DNA from: an uncultured delta proteobacterium
GTDB lineage: Bacteria; Desulfobacterota; Binatia; UBA9968
DNA length: 64,000 bases
Assembly: GCA_963737905.1 (NCBI GenBank)
Contig: CAVTUQ010000029.1
Location: forward strand, 1-64,000
Direction: 5' to 3'
In this document: positions 20,481 to 31,076 of the stretch, piece by piece
How positions within the stretch are numbered: position 1 is the stretch's first letter
Layout: each line of letters starts with the position of its first letter
The notes under the pieces: model-generated
What the model saw: the letters and a program-made list of their open reading frames with translations, nothing else
What the model was told of the DNA's origin: nothing
The model's database searches: none
Program-made: the position numbers and the translations under genes

Positions 20481-21109
20481 GAAACAGCTCCAGTGGAAAC
20501 GAGGGTTGCCAGGGCTGAAGCAATTTCGTCAAGTGGCAACACGAAGTCGACACACCCGGTTTGCATGGCGGCTGCCGGCATGCCGTAGAACTCGGCGCTG
20601 TGCTCATCCTGGACGATCACAGTGCCGCCCATCTTTCTGATTGCCTTAACGCCCATGGAACCGTCACTCCCGGTCCCCGACAGCACCACGGCGATGACAC
20701 GATCCTTGTAGCTGGCGGCGACGGATTCAAACAAGAGATCGGCCGAAGGACGAACGAAATGAACCAGCTCCGTTTGGGAAAGGGAAAGGGTCGCGTCGGG
20801 ATTGACCAGCAAATGGCGGTTGGGTGGCGCTATATAGGCGGTTCCGGGCACCAGAAGCGCTCCTTCCTTCGCTTCCTCAACATGCAACGCAGTCCGCCGA
20901 CTCAGAATATCGGCCATCAGGCTCCGATGGCGCGGGTCAAGATGCTGCACTACTACGATTGCAGCCGGAAAAGTAGCCGGCAGGGCGCCGAGTATTTGAC
21001 TGATCGCGCGGAGACCGCCTGCCGAGGCCGCAATGGCGACAACCTCGAAGCTCCGGTGGCAAGCCGCGTCGCGATAGTCCCTGGAGCGCGAATCATTGTC
21101 GCCATTCAT
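20477..21109 (-). CDS. cheB: Stand-alone CheB methylesterase (no receiver domain)
   Basis: ASAGG, VQH, RPSADLLFES, LSGTGSDG, GMP. Confidence 0.92.
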   Translation of the reverse strand: MNGDNDSRSRDYRDAACHRSFEVVAIAASAGGLRAISQILGALPATFPAAIVVVQHLDPRHRSLMADILSRRTALHVEEAKEGALLVPGTAYIAPPNRHLLVNPDATLSLSQTELVHFVRPSADLLFESVAASYKDRVIAVVLSGTGSDGSMGVKAIRKMGGTVIVQDEHSAEFYGMPAAAMQTGCVDFVLPLDEIASALATLVSTGAVS

Positions 21110-21152
21110 ATTTTTACCCTAATTCCTTCGGCCGACAGAGGTCAATAGGTAC

Positions 21153-21167
21153 GCAATATTAACCCCA
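21153..21167 (-). promoter_or_regulatory. Weak sigma-54-like promoter (cheB operon)
   Basis: TGGGGT-TAATA-TTGC. Confidence 0.4.
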
Positions 21168-21424
21168 GATCCTAATCTAATGATCAAACCGGTTCGCTGT
21201 CGTCAATAGAAATCTAAAATGGCTTTTCTCGGGCTCTTTCAAGAGTACTTGAATGTTATCGTGATCCGAAAAAACGTGCCGCGAAATTCCTATAAAGCGA
21301 GCCCCGTCGTACGGAGCATCTCTATGTGGGAAATCACATACTATGCGTTTGCATTTGGCCCACTAAGAGATGGTCACAAAAACCCTTTGCCGAAGGAATT
21401 ACTTGCAGAAAAATGTGGAGAACG

Positions 21425-21439
21425 TGGCACATGCTTTGC
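21425..21439 (+). promoter_or_regulatory. Sigma-54 promoter (peptidoglycan-binding protein)
   Basis: TGGCAC-ATGCT-TTGC. Confidence 0.8.
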
Positions 21440-21478
21440 TCTACATGATTTTCATCTTTCAGAGAAAGGGGAGGGATT

Positions 21479-22213
21479 ATGAAATTTAAAGAAAGCATAG
21501 CGGTATCGTTTTTGGCGATTGCCGCCTTGATACTCAATTGCGGGCCGGCGTGGTCGCAGTCGGTGGGTGAAACCCAAAACAAGCGCAGCGGCGGAGAGAG
21601 TCAAACTCCAATGGCTCCCCAGCCAGGGAACGTCGGAAAATCCGGCAGTGCTAGCCAATCTCAAAGCGGCACCGCTCAAAGTCAAAAAGACGACAATTCC
21701 GTGGGCGGCACTCAGAGCCAGCGAAGCAGCGACAGTCAGACGCCGCTTCCCTCAGGACCCGGTAATGTGGGAAAATCCGGCAGTAGTCAATCACGGAGCA
21801 GCAGTGCTCAAGGTGAAAAAGATACTTCGGTCGGTGGCACCCAGAGCCAGCGAAGCGGCGGTGATAGCCAAACACCAACACCAAAGGCGGATCGTTCAGC
21901 GAAGTCAGCCGATTCGATGAAGGCGGGACAGAGCCGGCGCGTTGCTGGACATCAGGGAATGGCGGGAATGGATGAAGTGAGGGAAGCGCAAGAGGCGTTA
22001 AAAAGCCAGGGGCATGATCCCGGTCCGATCGATGGCATTATGGGCTCCCAGACCCAACAGGCGCTCAAGGAGTTTCAAAGTCAAAATGGCTTGAAACAGA
22101 CGGGTATGTTGGATGCTCAAACCAAACAAAAGCTCAACATGGATAATTCGTCGTCAAGTTCGTCGGGCAGAAGCGACTCGATGAGACAACAAGAATCGCC
22201 CATGAACAAGTAG
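21479..22213 (+). CDS. Exported S/Q/G-rich repeat protein with a C-terminal PG_binding_1 domain
   Basis: Signal peptide; VREAQEALKSQGHDPGPIDGIMGSQTQQALKEFQSQNGL..TG.LD. Confidence 0.85.
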   Translation: MKFKESIAVSFLAIAALILNCGPAWSQSVGETQNKRSGGESQTPMAPQPGNVGKSGSASQSQSGTAQSQKDDNSVGGTQSQRSSDSQTPLPSGPGNVGKSGSSQSRSSSAQGEKDTSVGGTQSQRSGGDSQTPTPKADRSAKSADSMKAGQSRRVAGHQGMAGMDEVREAQEALKSQGHDPGPIDGIMGSQTQQALKEFQSQNGLKQTGMLDAQTKQKLNMDNSSSSSSGRSDSMRQQESPMNK

Positions 22214-22229
22214 TGGCGCCGGTCGATTC

Positions 22230-22276
22230 GCCAAAAGAGAGAGGGAAGCTAATTCTCTCTCTCTCTCTCTTTTGGC
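22230..22276 (+). terminator. Intrinsic terminator-like hairpin
   Basis: GCCAAAAGAGAGAG ... CTCTCTCTTTTGGC. Confidence 0.6.
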
Positions 22277-22345
22277 TCTGGTTTCTTAAACATAAGACGG
22301 CGATTGTCGTTTATTTAAAGTCGCTCGAATGAAACGAGGTAACAG

Positions 22346-22906
22346 ATGGAAAACAATATTGAGAACGGTTCCGTGAACCGGGACATTTTGGCAGGAAAGT
22401 GGAAACAAATTCGTGGCGAGCTTAAAACCTGGTGGGGCAAATTCACCGATGATGATATCGACAGGATCGCCGGTCAGAAGGACAGACTAGTCGGATTGCT
22501 ACAAGAGAGATACGGATATACTCGCGAGCAGGCCGATCGAGAAGTGGAGTGGCGCCTTCAAGAGTATGACGAGAAGACCGCCGCGGCTCTTGCGAGCATG
22601 TCGGCCAAGGCACGAGAGTTCGGCGCGACTGCCGCGAAGAAGGCGAACGAGGCGGCACCTGTTATCGGCGAGAAAATGAAATCTCTGGCGGGCGCGATCC
22701 GCGAAAAGGCGCCGCGCGAAGGCAAGATGGGGATAACTGCGACCAAAGTAGCGGGAGGATTGGAATCGGCAAGTGACTATCTAGAAGAGAAGAAATTTGA
22801 ACATTTGGGAGAAGATTTCAGGGGCTTGGTTCGTCGCTACCCTCTGCGCTCTATATTGATCGGTCTTGGTTTAGGCTTTTTCCTCGCCGGCCGTAACAAA
22901 AAGTGA
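22346..22906 (+). CDS. csbD: CsbD-family protein with helical extension and C-terminal membrane anchor
   Basis: GKWKQIRGELKTWWGKFTDDD...LQERYGY; ElaB-like RRYPLRSILIGLGLGF tail. Confidence 0.8.
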   Translation: MENNIENGSVNRDILAGKWKQIRGELKTWWGKFTDDDIDRIAGQKDRLVGLLQERYGYTREQADREVEWRLQEYDEKTAAALASMSAKAREFGATAAKKANEAAPVIGEKMKSLAGAIREKAPREGKMGITATKVAGGLESASDYLEEKKFEHLGEDFRGLVRRYPLRSILIGLGLGFFLAGRNKK

Positions 22907-23208
22907 AATGAGCATAAAAAGCAGGAAGTGTTTACGAATACCCGCATCTATCGAGTCTTACGTGGTGCCAAAGATTAGTTTGTCACGAAAATTTGATTTA
23001 ACGGCTTTGTTCCGTAGCGAGGTGTACGAATTTTCCTTAAACCGAAGAGCGCACGATTCGGTAAATTAGGACAGGACTATCCCCTGAAAGTTTGAAAAGC
23101 CTCCCCTGTCGGGTGATTTAGAAATTCGTGGGACGGAAATAACTAGCCTATTCTTGCTGCTGCGCGGCGAATGTTTTTTTACCTCTTCGCGGGGTCTTCT
23201 TAGCCACT

Positions 23209-23223
23209 TGGCATCTGGGTTGC
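23209..23223 (+). promoter_or_regulatory. Sigma-54 promoter (DUF2892-like gene)
   Basis: TGGCAT-CTGGG-TTGC. Confidence 0.7.
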
Positions 23224-23298
23224 TGATTGAACTATGTGCGCTCATCAAGCGCGCGATCTCGGAGGCACGCCCTATTCAAATATTTTAAGGAGGACAGC

Positions 23299-23745
23299 AT
23301 GCCAAATAATACAGAGCCGGAACGAGTGAGAGCCAATACTTCTGCGGAAGTAAATTGGCGTATCGACCAGCGGATTCAGGAAAACGTGCGCTTTTACTCG
23401 GATAAGCCGCCCGAGGAAATTGCCCGGCGTATTTGGGAGTTAGAGCAAGAATGGGATATAGAGCGCATTCTGCAAACGATGGCGGCGTCTTTTTCCCTGA
23501 CGGGGATCGCCTTGAGTCTCACGGTTGATAAGCGTTGGATCTTATTGCCGGGTGTCGTGTTATCGTTCCTTCTGCTCCACGCATTCCAAGGTTGGTGTCC
23601 TCCGGTGCCGGTGCTGCGCAGACTTGGCGTACGCACTCAGGAGGAGATCGATCGAGAGCTCTACGCGCTCAAAGGTTTGATCGGTGACTTTCCCCGCAGC
23701 AGTGAGGAACTTAGCGCGGATGCAGCGCTGGCGGCAACAAGATGA
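23299..23745 (+). CDS. DUF2892/YgaP-like membrane protein
   Basis: EWDIERIL, FLLLHAFQGWCPP...RRLGVRT..EI; AAGGAGG RBS. Confidence 0.75.
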   Translation: MPNNTEPERVRANTSAEVNWRIDQRIQENVRFYSDKPPEEIARRIWELEQEWDIERILQTMAASFSLTGIALSLTVDKRWILLPGVVLSFLLLHAFQGWCPPVPVLRRLGVRTQEEIDRELYALKGLIGDFPRSSEELSADAALAATR

Positions 23746-23859
23746 TCTCTACCGGCGCCGCGGTTTGGAAACGGTGGCGCGGAACTATCCGTGAATAAAA
23801 GTTTGAGACACGCGGCCGCTCTGAAGAACTGGCAATATCATCCTCCGGAATTCCGGGCC

Positions 23860-26800
23860 CTAGTGAAAATTCCGGCTGGGTGTGCCGGTCGGTTGCAGTC
23901 TCACGCTAGGCTTCCAGAGTTCCTCGGCAACCAGGTGAACGACACCGTCCTCAACCTGGAGCTTCCCCGTGATACCTAGAAAGCTTACCGTCTTGGCCAA
24001 AACTGAATAGCGCTGAAAGACACTTTCCCACACCACAATGTTCACAAATCCCGTTTCGTCTTCCAGGGTCATGAAAACAACACCGCCGGCGGTTCCAGGG
24101 CGCTGCCGGCAGATGACCAGGCCGGCATAGCGAATTTTGACGCCGTTCTTCATAGACGACACCGTACGGGCATCCGGTAAACCCTGATCGGCAAGGCTAG
24201 CCCGCATGGGTTCAAGCGGATGACGACGCGGGCTGTGCGAAGTTGTGCGATAGTCCCACTTGACCTCTTCGAAATCAGTCAAGGAATCAAAATGGGGCGA
24301 TGGCTCGCGGTCTTTGAGAGAAAGGGATTCGTAGCGGGTGCGAGAAAGCCGCCGGATATTCCAGAGAGCCCTACGCCGGTCCACGCCCAAGCCGTCGAAA
24401 GCGCCGGCCTCCGCTAGCACGCTTAAAATTCCTTCCTCCAATCCAGAGCGTTGGACAAAATTTTCAAGCGAGTCAAACGGCATCTGGCGGCGAGCTCTTG
24501 CGATTTTTTCCCAATCTCTCTCACGAAAACCTTTCACATATCGAAGCCCCATGCGCACCGCGAAGCCGCCAGCACTTTGGTCAGAGCGCTCCAAAGTGCA
24601 ATCCCAGTCGCTAACCGCGACGTCGATGGGTGCAACAACTAGATGGTGCCGCTTGGCATCCTCAACGATCGTCGCCGGCATGTAAAATCCCATCGGCTGG
24701 GCATTGAGCAGAGAACAAGCAAATTCCGCCGGATAATAGCACTTAAGCCATGCGGTCGCGTAAGCTATGAGAGCGAAGCTTGCCGCATGACTTTCCGGAA
24801 AGCCGTATTCGCCGAAGCCTTTAATCTGCTCAAAGACTCTTTCAGCAAACTCGGGCGCTATTCCTTTTTCCTGCATCCTGGTTATCAGGCGCTCCCGATG
24901 GCGTTCCATCCTTCCAGTACGATGCCATGCGGCCATATCGCGCCGAAGCTGATCAGCTTCTCCTGGGGTATAATCCGCCGCTATCATAGCCAGCTTCATC
25001 ACCTGTTCCTGAAATAGCGGTACCCCTAAAGTTTTTTTGAGTACGGGCTCTAGACTCGGGTGAGGAAACTCCACCGGCTCCTTCAAGCTTCGGCGGCGAA
25101 GATAGGGATGGACCATCCCGCCGGTGATAGGTCCGGGTCTTACGATGCTGATTTCGATCGCCAGGTCGTAGAAATTCTTCGGTTTAAGCCTCGGAAGCAT
25201 CGCCATTTGCGCCCGGCTTTCGATTTGGAAGACACCAACCGTATCGCTCTTGCGCATCATGTCAAAGACCTGAGGATCTTCCGCCGGAATCGTGGCCATG
25301 GAATATTCCAAGCTTCGATGGCGCCGAAGAAGATCAAAACACAGATGAAGTTGCCTGAGCGCTCCCAAGCCGAGAAGATCCACTTTGAATAGGCCAAGGT
25401 CTTCGAGATCGTTCTTATCCCACTGAATAACGGTTCGTTCCGGCATCGTGGCATTTTCAATTGGAACGATGTCATGCACCGGCTCATGGCCAAGAAGAAA
25501 GCCTCCGGGATGTATAGACAAATGACGAGGAAAATCGAGAATCTCGTTGGTAAGCCGGAGGAGTTGGCTATGCCGTTCTTCTGATGGATCGAGTCCCATC
25601 CGTTGAAACATTGGAGGTTCAACGGCCTCATAACTTGAGAGGAACTTGGCTACCCGATCCAAGGCGGTCTCAGAAAACCCCAGAGCCTTGCCGACATCTC
25701 GTAGAGCCGACCGGGAGCGGTAACGCACAACGTTAGCCACCATTGCAGCCCGGTCACGACCATATTTTTTATAAACGTGCTGGATCACCTCTTCGCGCCG
25801 GTCATGCTCGATATCAAGGTCTATATCGGGCGGCTCGGCGCGTTCCTTGGAGATAAAGCGTTCGAAAAGTAGATCCATACGTACCGGATCGATTGCCGTA
25901 ACACCGAGGCAATAACAGACCGCCGAATTGGCTGCGGAGCCCCGCCCTTGACAGAGGATGCCTTTCTCACGGCAGAACCGGACAAGTTCCCACATGGTTA
26001 GGAAGTAGCCGGGATAGTCCAGCGCTTCGATGATCTCAAGCTCCTTTTCTACTTGGCTTATAACGTTGACCGGAATGCCGTTGGGATAGCGTTCCTTTGC
26101 CCCTTCGAACGTGACCTGGCGGAGCCACTCTGCCGAGGTGGTTCCATTCGGAAGATACTCGGACGGATAACGATAACGGATCTCATTCAAAGAGAATGTG
26201 CACCGCTCGGCGATCTCGAGGGTTCGACTGATGGCCGCAGGATCATCGCTAAAAAGCTTTCCGAAGGCCGAAGGCGATCTGAGGCCGTGTTCAGCGTTCG
26301 GTTTGAGCTTGGTGCCGCAGGAAACGAGGGGAAGGCCATAGCGAATGGCGGTCAGTACGTCCTGAACCGGTCGACGAGCCGGCGTATGATAGACAACCTC
26401 AGTCGCCGCGACGACCGAAAGTCCATAATGTTTCGACCGCTCACGTACCCGCGTTTCCTGCACTACTTCATGCTCCGCCCAATGGCGGCTTATCATGCAA
26501 TAGAGCCGGTCGCTAAAGGCTTCATGGAGATGGGCCGCAATACTATCCGGTTCCATTTCCCCTGAAGCTAAACTTTGATCGCCGCCCCAGAGTGCGATCA
26601 ATCCATCCCCGTGCCCGTAAATCTCATCCCAACTCACGAGGCTTTGGCCTTTCTCGGAGCGCAGCCGACCGGCGCTTAAAAGCCGGCACAGATTCGCATA
26701 CCCAGTCTCTGTCTTGTGCTAGGAGAATAATCATCGACCCATCATCGATATTGACCTGGGAACCGATAATCAAATGAATGCCCAGCTCTTGAGCTCTGAC

Positions 26801-26956
26801 GTGTGCCCTGACAATGCCGTACACGCCGTCTCGGTCGGTAAGCGCTAAAGATGTGAGGCCAAGGCGATGCGCCTCCTCGATCAGTTCGTCGGGGTGGCTT
26901 GCGCCTTCGAGAAACGAAAAGTTACTTTTACACCAGAGAGGAGCGTAGGAGGACAT
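23860..26956 (-). CDS. dnaE2: Error-prone DNA polymerase DnaE2 (frameshifted ~26630-26700)
   Basis: [46 protein letters not shown]-terminal SRNFH. Confidence 0.93.
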
Positions 26957-27002
26957 GGATCGATAGCTAACTGTTTTATAGTCGGCGCCGAGCGCAGATT
27001 AT

Positions 27003-27022
27003 TACTGAAATTACTTTCAGTA
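27003..27022. promoter_or_regulatory. Putative LexA (SOS) box upstream of dnaE2
   Basis: Palindrome TACTG-AAATTACTTT-CAGTA between TTGCTA and TAATAA-like promoter elements. Confidence 0.6.
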
Positions 27023-27081
27023 GCAAGCTCCCCGGCGTGCCTCCAACGCAAGGACTAGTTTGACTTTCTAACCACTATTTC

Positions 27082-29224
27082 TCATTGCTTGTCTCCCCGG
27101 GGCCAATAGCGTAGCTGTCGGCAGTCTGTAATGAACGCTGAACAATCCGCCGGCTTTTTGAGCGCAATGAATCCCTCATCGCGACTATCGGAAACACCAG
27201 CCTTTTCAAAGAGAGGCGTCGCTGCCTCGACGTAGCCGATGAACTTATGATGGGCAAACGCGTCGGCGACAAAATCGCGCGCGGCTGCATTGTTAGCCAA
27301 AGCCGTCGCGCCTTGGTTCGAAGGCAACAGCGCCACGGCGTCATAAAGGATGGATGGCCCGCCATCGATCCTTTGCGCCGCTTCGATCCAAGAACCGTCG
27401 CTGGCCTTGACCCCTCCAATCTTGGGGGCGACGAATTCAATCATCGCGCCTTCCTTTTTCAAGGCGGTTTGAAGTGATTTCAGCATCGCGATATCCACAC
27501 CATCGGTCACCAGGGCGCCCATTTTGCGGCCTTTAAAACTCTTCGGGCCATTGAGGACGATGCTCAAGGCGGACGATTTCTTCAGATCCTCCCGCGTCGG
27601 CTTTGCGGCGTCTGCCGGTTTGGGCATCTCTTTGAGACGCAATCCGTCCGCCACTTTGTTTGCGAGTTCCGTGTGTATATTCAAGAGGTGCGATACCATG
27701 CGGGCTCGAATTTCAAGCCGTTCAACTTTGCTGAGCTCAAACACGAGCGCGCCCACCAGATGGCTTTGCTCCGTCTCCGTCTGGCTGATGTAAAACTGCC
27801 GTGCCTGGCTATAGTGGTCGGCGAAAGTCTCTGAACGGACGCGGAGTTTCTGTCCCCCTTCCTCGGCGGGGTACGACTGAAAACCCTTTTCGGGCGATTC
27901 GCGTGGACCAGCGGCCTCGCCATTCCACGAATTCGGCTCATAGTTGGCTCGACCTTTGGGATTCATCATAGCCATGTGGCCGTCTTGCTGAAAGAAGTGA
28001 AAGGGACACTTGGGCGCATTGATGGGAATATGCGTGAAGTTGGGGCCACCGAGCCGTTTGAGTTGCGTATCGAGGTACGAGAAATTGCGACCCTGAAGTA
28101 GCGGATCGTTTGTAAAATCTATTCCCGGCACGATATTCTGCGTGCAAAAGGCGACCTGCTCGGTCTCGGCAAAAAAATTCTCCACACAACGATCGAGCAC
28201 GAGCCGGCCGACCCGGCGCACTGGAACCTCCTCTTCCGGGATGATCTTGGTGGCATCGAGCACATCGAAGTCGAAACGCTCGGCAAAGTCCTCATCGAAG
28301 AGCTGCAAACCTAGCTCCCACTCCGGGTAGTCGCCCATCTGGATCGCGTTCCACAGATCCCGGCGATGAAAATCTGGATCAGCGCCATTGATCTTTACCG
28401 CTTCATTCCACACCACGGATTGCAGGCCGAGTTTCGGTTTCCAATGAAACTTGACGAAGGTCGCCTTCCCGTCGGCGTTGATGAAGCGGAACGTATGGAC
28501 GCCGAAACCTTCCATGAATCGGAAGGAGCGCGGAATCGTGCGATCCGACATGATCCACATCACCATATTCATGCTTTCCGGCGTCAGGGAAATGAAATCC
28601 CAGAAGTTATCATGCGCCGTCTGCGCCTGCGGAAAGTCTCGATCCGGTTCCGCTTTGGCCGCATGGATAATGTCGGGAAACTTGATGGCGTCCTGAATGA
28701 AGAATACTGGAATGTTATTCCCGACGATGTCCCAGTTGCCCTCTTTAGTATAAATTTTTACCGCGAATCCGCGCACGTCTCGCGCCAGATCAGCCGAGCC
28801 TTTGTTGCCGGCCACCGTAGAGAAACGGACAAAGACAGGAGTCTTTTCCCCGGCTCGCTGAAAGAGATCGGCCTTCGTAACATCGGACAGGGACTTGTAA
28901 TTCTCAAAATAGCCATGCGCTCCAAAACCGCGAGCGTGAACGACACGCTCAGGTATGCGCTCGTGATCAAAGTGGAAAATCTTTTCGCGAAAATGAAAGT
29001 CTTCAAGCGCCGTCGGCCCGCGGACGCCGACCCGGAGAGAGTTCTGGTCGTCTGCTACGGGAACGCCTTGTTGCGTCGTCAATATGGGTGTGTTGGCCTC
29101 CAGCCGTTTGGTGGGTTTCCCCGCCCGCTCCGCTGGTTATAATCTGGTCGGCGTATCGAATCTTTTTTCGGTCGCTATCGCCTCGGCTTCTCATGTTATT
29201 GGATGTGGCGCGTTTCTTTTTCAT
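27082..29224 (-). CDS. katE: Large-subunit catalase HPII (frameshifted ~29090)
   Basis: [33 protein letters not shown]-terminal DJ-1-like domain. Confidence 0.95.
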
Positions 29225-29368
29225 GGTCTCTCCTATTTAGATAGTTAGAGTGGTTAATTTTAAGAATGGATGGAACGCAGGATGGAGTATCGGTGGCTTA
29301 CAAATGAGCGTACACTCAGATTCTCCACCAGAGTTTTCCGTACATCGCCTAAATATCGTGATGTGTCC

Positions 29369-29383
29369 GCAACATTTATGCCA
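29369..29383 (-). promoter_or_regulatory. Sigma-54 promoter (katE)
   Basis: TGGCAT-AAATG-TTGC. Confidence 0.72.
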
Positions 29384-29764
29384 TTAAGCCGGCGAACCTA
29401 TTGTCGAACAAGTATCGGTGACTTTGTGGCTGTCTCGCAGGGCACGAGAACGAGCAAAATTAGTTGAGAGCAACGCCGAGGTTGAGGGTCGGCCAATCGA
29501 GAAGCTTGATATGATGATGACAAAAGGATCGATGAAAGATATTAGCCGTAGCGCAACATGATCCTCATTAATCGACGAATCGATGATCTCAAAGCCGCGG
29601 AGCCACATGGACGACGCATTCGAGTAAAGCGTGAAGTCGGAAATTTCCTGTCTGGTGTGCTTTTTCTGAGATAGTTTTGTATAGAAAAGTGGTACAAGAT
29701 GATCTCGCCTTAACCCATTTCACAAAGGCTCGATCGTTGCTATTGTTGTCGTGTTAATGCTTCT

Positions 29765-29779
29765 CGGCATAAAGCTTGC
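29765..29779 (+). promoter_or_regulatory. Sigma-54 promoter (hypothetical gene at 29846)
   Basis: CGGCAT-AAAGC-TTGC. Confidence 0.68.
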
Positions 29780-29845
29780 TGATCGCTGATAAATGAAGGT
29801 GTCACGCGATCGAGTTAGAAATCAAAAAGAAAGGAGAGTTTCTCT

Positions 29846-30290
29846 ATGTTCATTGAGACCTATTGCGATGAGCGGTTGACGTTTCCTAGTGGGCAGGTGA
29901 GCGAGTCATTCCCTATCCCGAGCTAAAGGGAGAGGAGTTGAGGGTTTGGCAAAAATATCTGCCAGTGCGAACAGAAATACAAAGCGTCCCTTCTGGTTGC
30001 GTGATAATATGCCTCGCCTTGCCCTGGAGCAGATCGAGAAGGCACAAAAGGCGCCGGGTTTGTTCGATCACATCGAGATATGGAGCCGCTCGGACGATCC
30101 GATGGCGGTTGGCATTACCGGTATAGAGCCGCGTTACTTTTCTATCGTACGCTGGGGCGATGCCAAACTCACACTGGATCAGGTGAAACACAAATTAAGG
30201 ATAGAAAAATGGATGTTCCGGCTGACCCCGGTGGCAATGATCCCTATGTTTTTGGCCGCGATATTCTTTCTGACCACGCATACTGGCTAA
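29846..30290 (+). CDS. Hypothetical protein with C-terminal TM helix (frameshifted near its 5' end)
   Basis: AAGGAG RBS and ATG at 29846; continues in ORF 29946-30290. Confidence 0.55.
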
Positions 30291-30523
30291 TTTGTAAACC
30301 GGCTCAGCAAGCTTTGGGATTCTTCGTTTAGATCTCAATCAAGTTTGTAAAATTTCCCGCAATCGTGGGACGATAGGACCCCGCTTGCAATTGGCGAAGC
30401 GAATTACATGTTCCCGTCCGGATGAACCAGCGATTCACCGGTATAACGATTACAAGCGTGCAGCCGGCGGCGAGAAGAAGAGAGACGAGCGCGACCGTGT
30501 GTACCCAACCCATGTGTGTTAGT

Positions 30524-30670
30524 TCATTTCTTTCGTGCCTTTGCGGCCTGTTTACCTAGCGCCGTTCGGGTTTTTTTGGGTAAATGCTTTAAAGTTTGTT
30601 TCCGCTTTGCGGCTTTGATCGCCTTCTGAATGTTTTTTCGAGCAGCGTTGCGTTGTTTGCGGCTTGCCAT
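30524..30670 (-). CDS. Small, highly basic K/R/A-rich protein (48 aa)
   Basis: MASRKQRNAARKNIQKAIKAAKRKQTLKHLPKKTRTALGKQAAKARKK; AAGGAG RBS. Confidence 0.8.
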   Translation of the reverse strand: MASRKQRNAARKNIQKAIKAAKRKQTLKHLPKKTRTALGKQAAKARKK

Positions 30671-30704
30671 AAAAAACTCCTTTTCTTTAATTTTATGATC
30701 AGGC

Positions 30705-31076
30705 TCAGTCCTGCCCCAACGCCGAATCTGTGGAGAGGCGGCCTTCATCCATTATTTGTTTTAGGATATCGCGGGCTTGTTCTAGCAACGTGCGCTTGAT
30801 AGCCGTGAGGGGATATTCCACACCGACGATAAGCGTAAGGGCAACGTTCACCCCCTCAAGTCCCGAGTGGGGTCGCCCCGATACCGGAGATGCTTCCTTA
30901 CGGCGGAGCTCACCAATCAAACGGTCTCGGAGCCGGACCATGTCGCGCTGGATCTGATCGACCTCTTGCTCAACCTCTCTTGCTGGAAGGTTTGTCGCTC
31001 GATCAAGCTTCTCAATCAGCTCCTGGCATTGCGTAGGTAGGGAGATCTCTTGGTGTGATCCTATCATAGGAGTCAT
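30705..31076 (-). CDS. Hypothetical helical protein in the FDH operon
   Basis: Start overlaps the nrfD stop (ATGA); LRDRLI...VNVALTLIVGVEYP. Confidence 0.6.
   Translation of the reverse strand: MTPMIGSHQEISLPTQCQELIEKLDRATNLPAREVEQEVDQIQRDMVRLRDRLIGELRRKEASPVSGRPHSGLEGVNVALTLIVGVEYPLTAIKRTLLEQARDILKQIMDEGRLSTDSALGQD

Noticed and set aside
28366-29142. Long antisense ORFs (also 58674-59510, 20561-21148, 47582-48244)
   Set aside because: Shadows of well-supported opposite-strand genes in GC-rich DNA.
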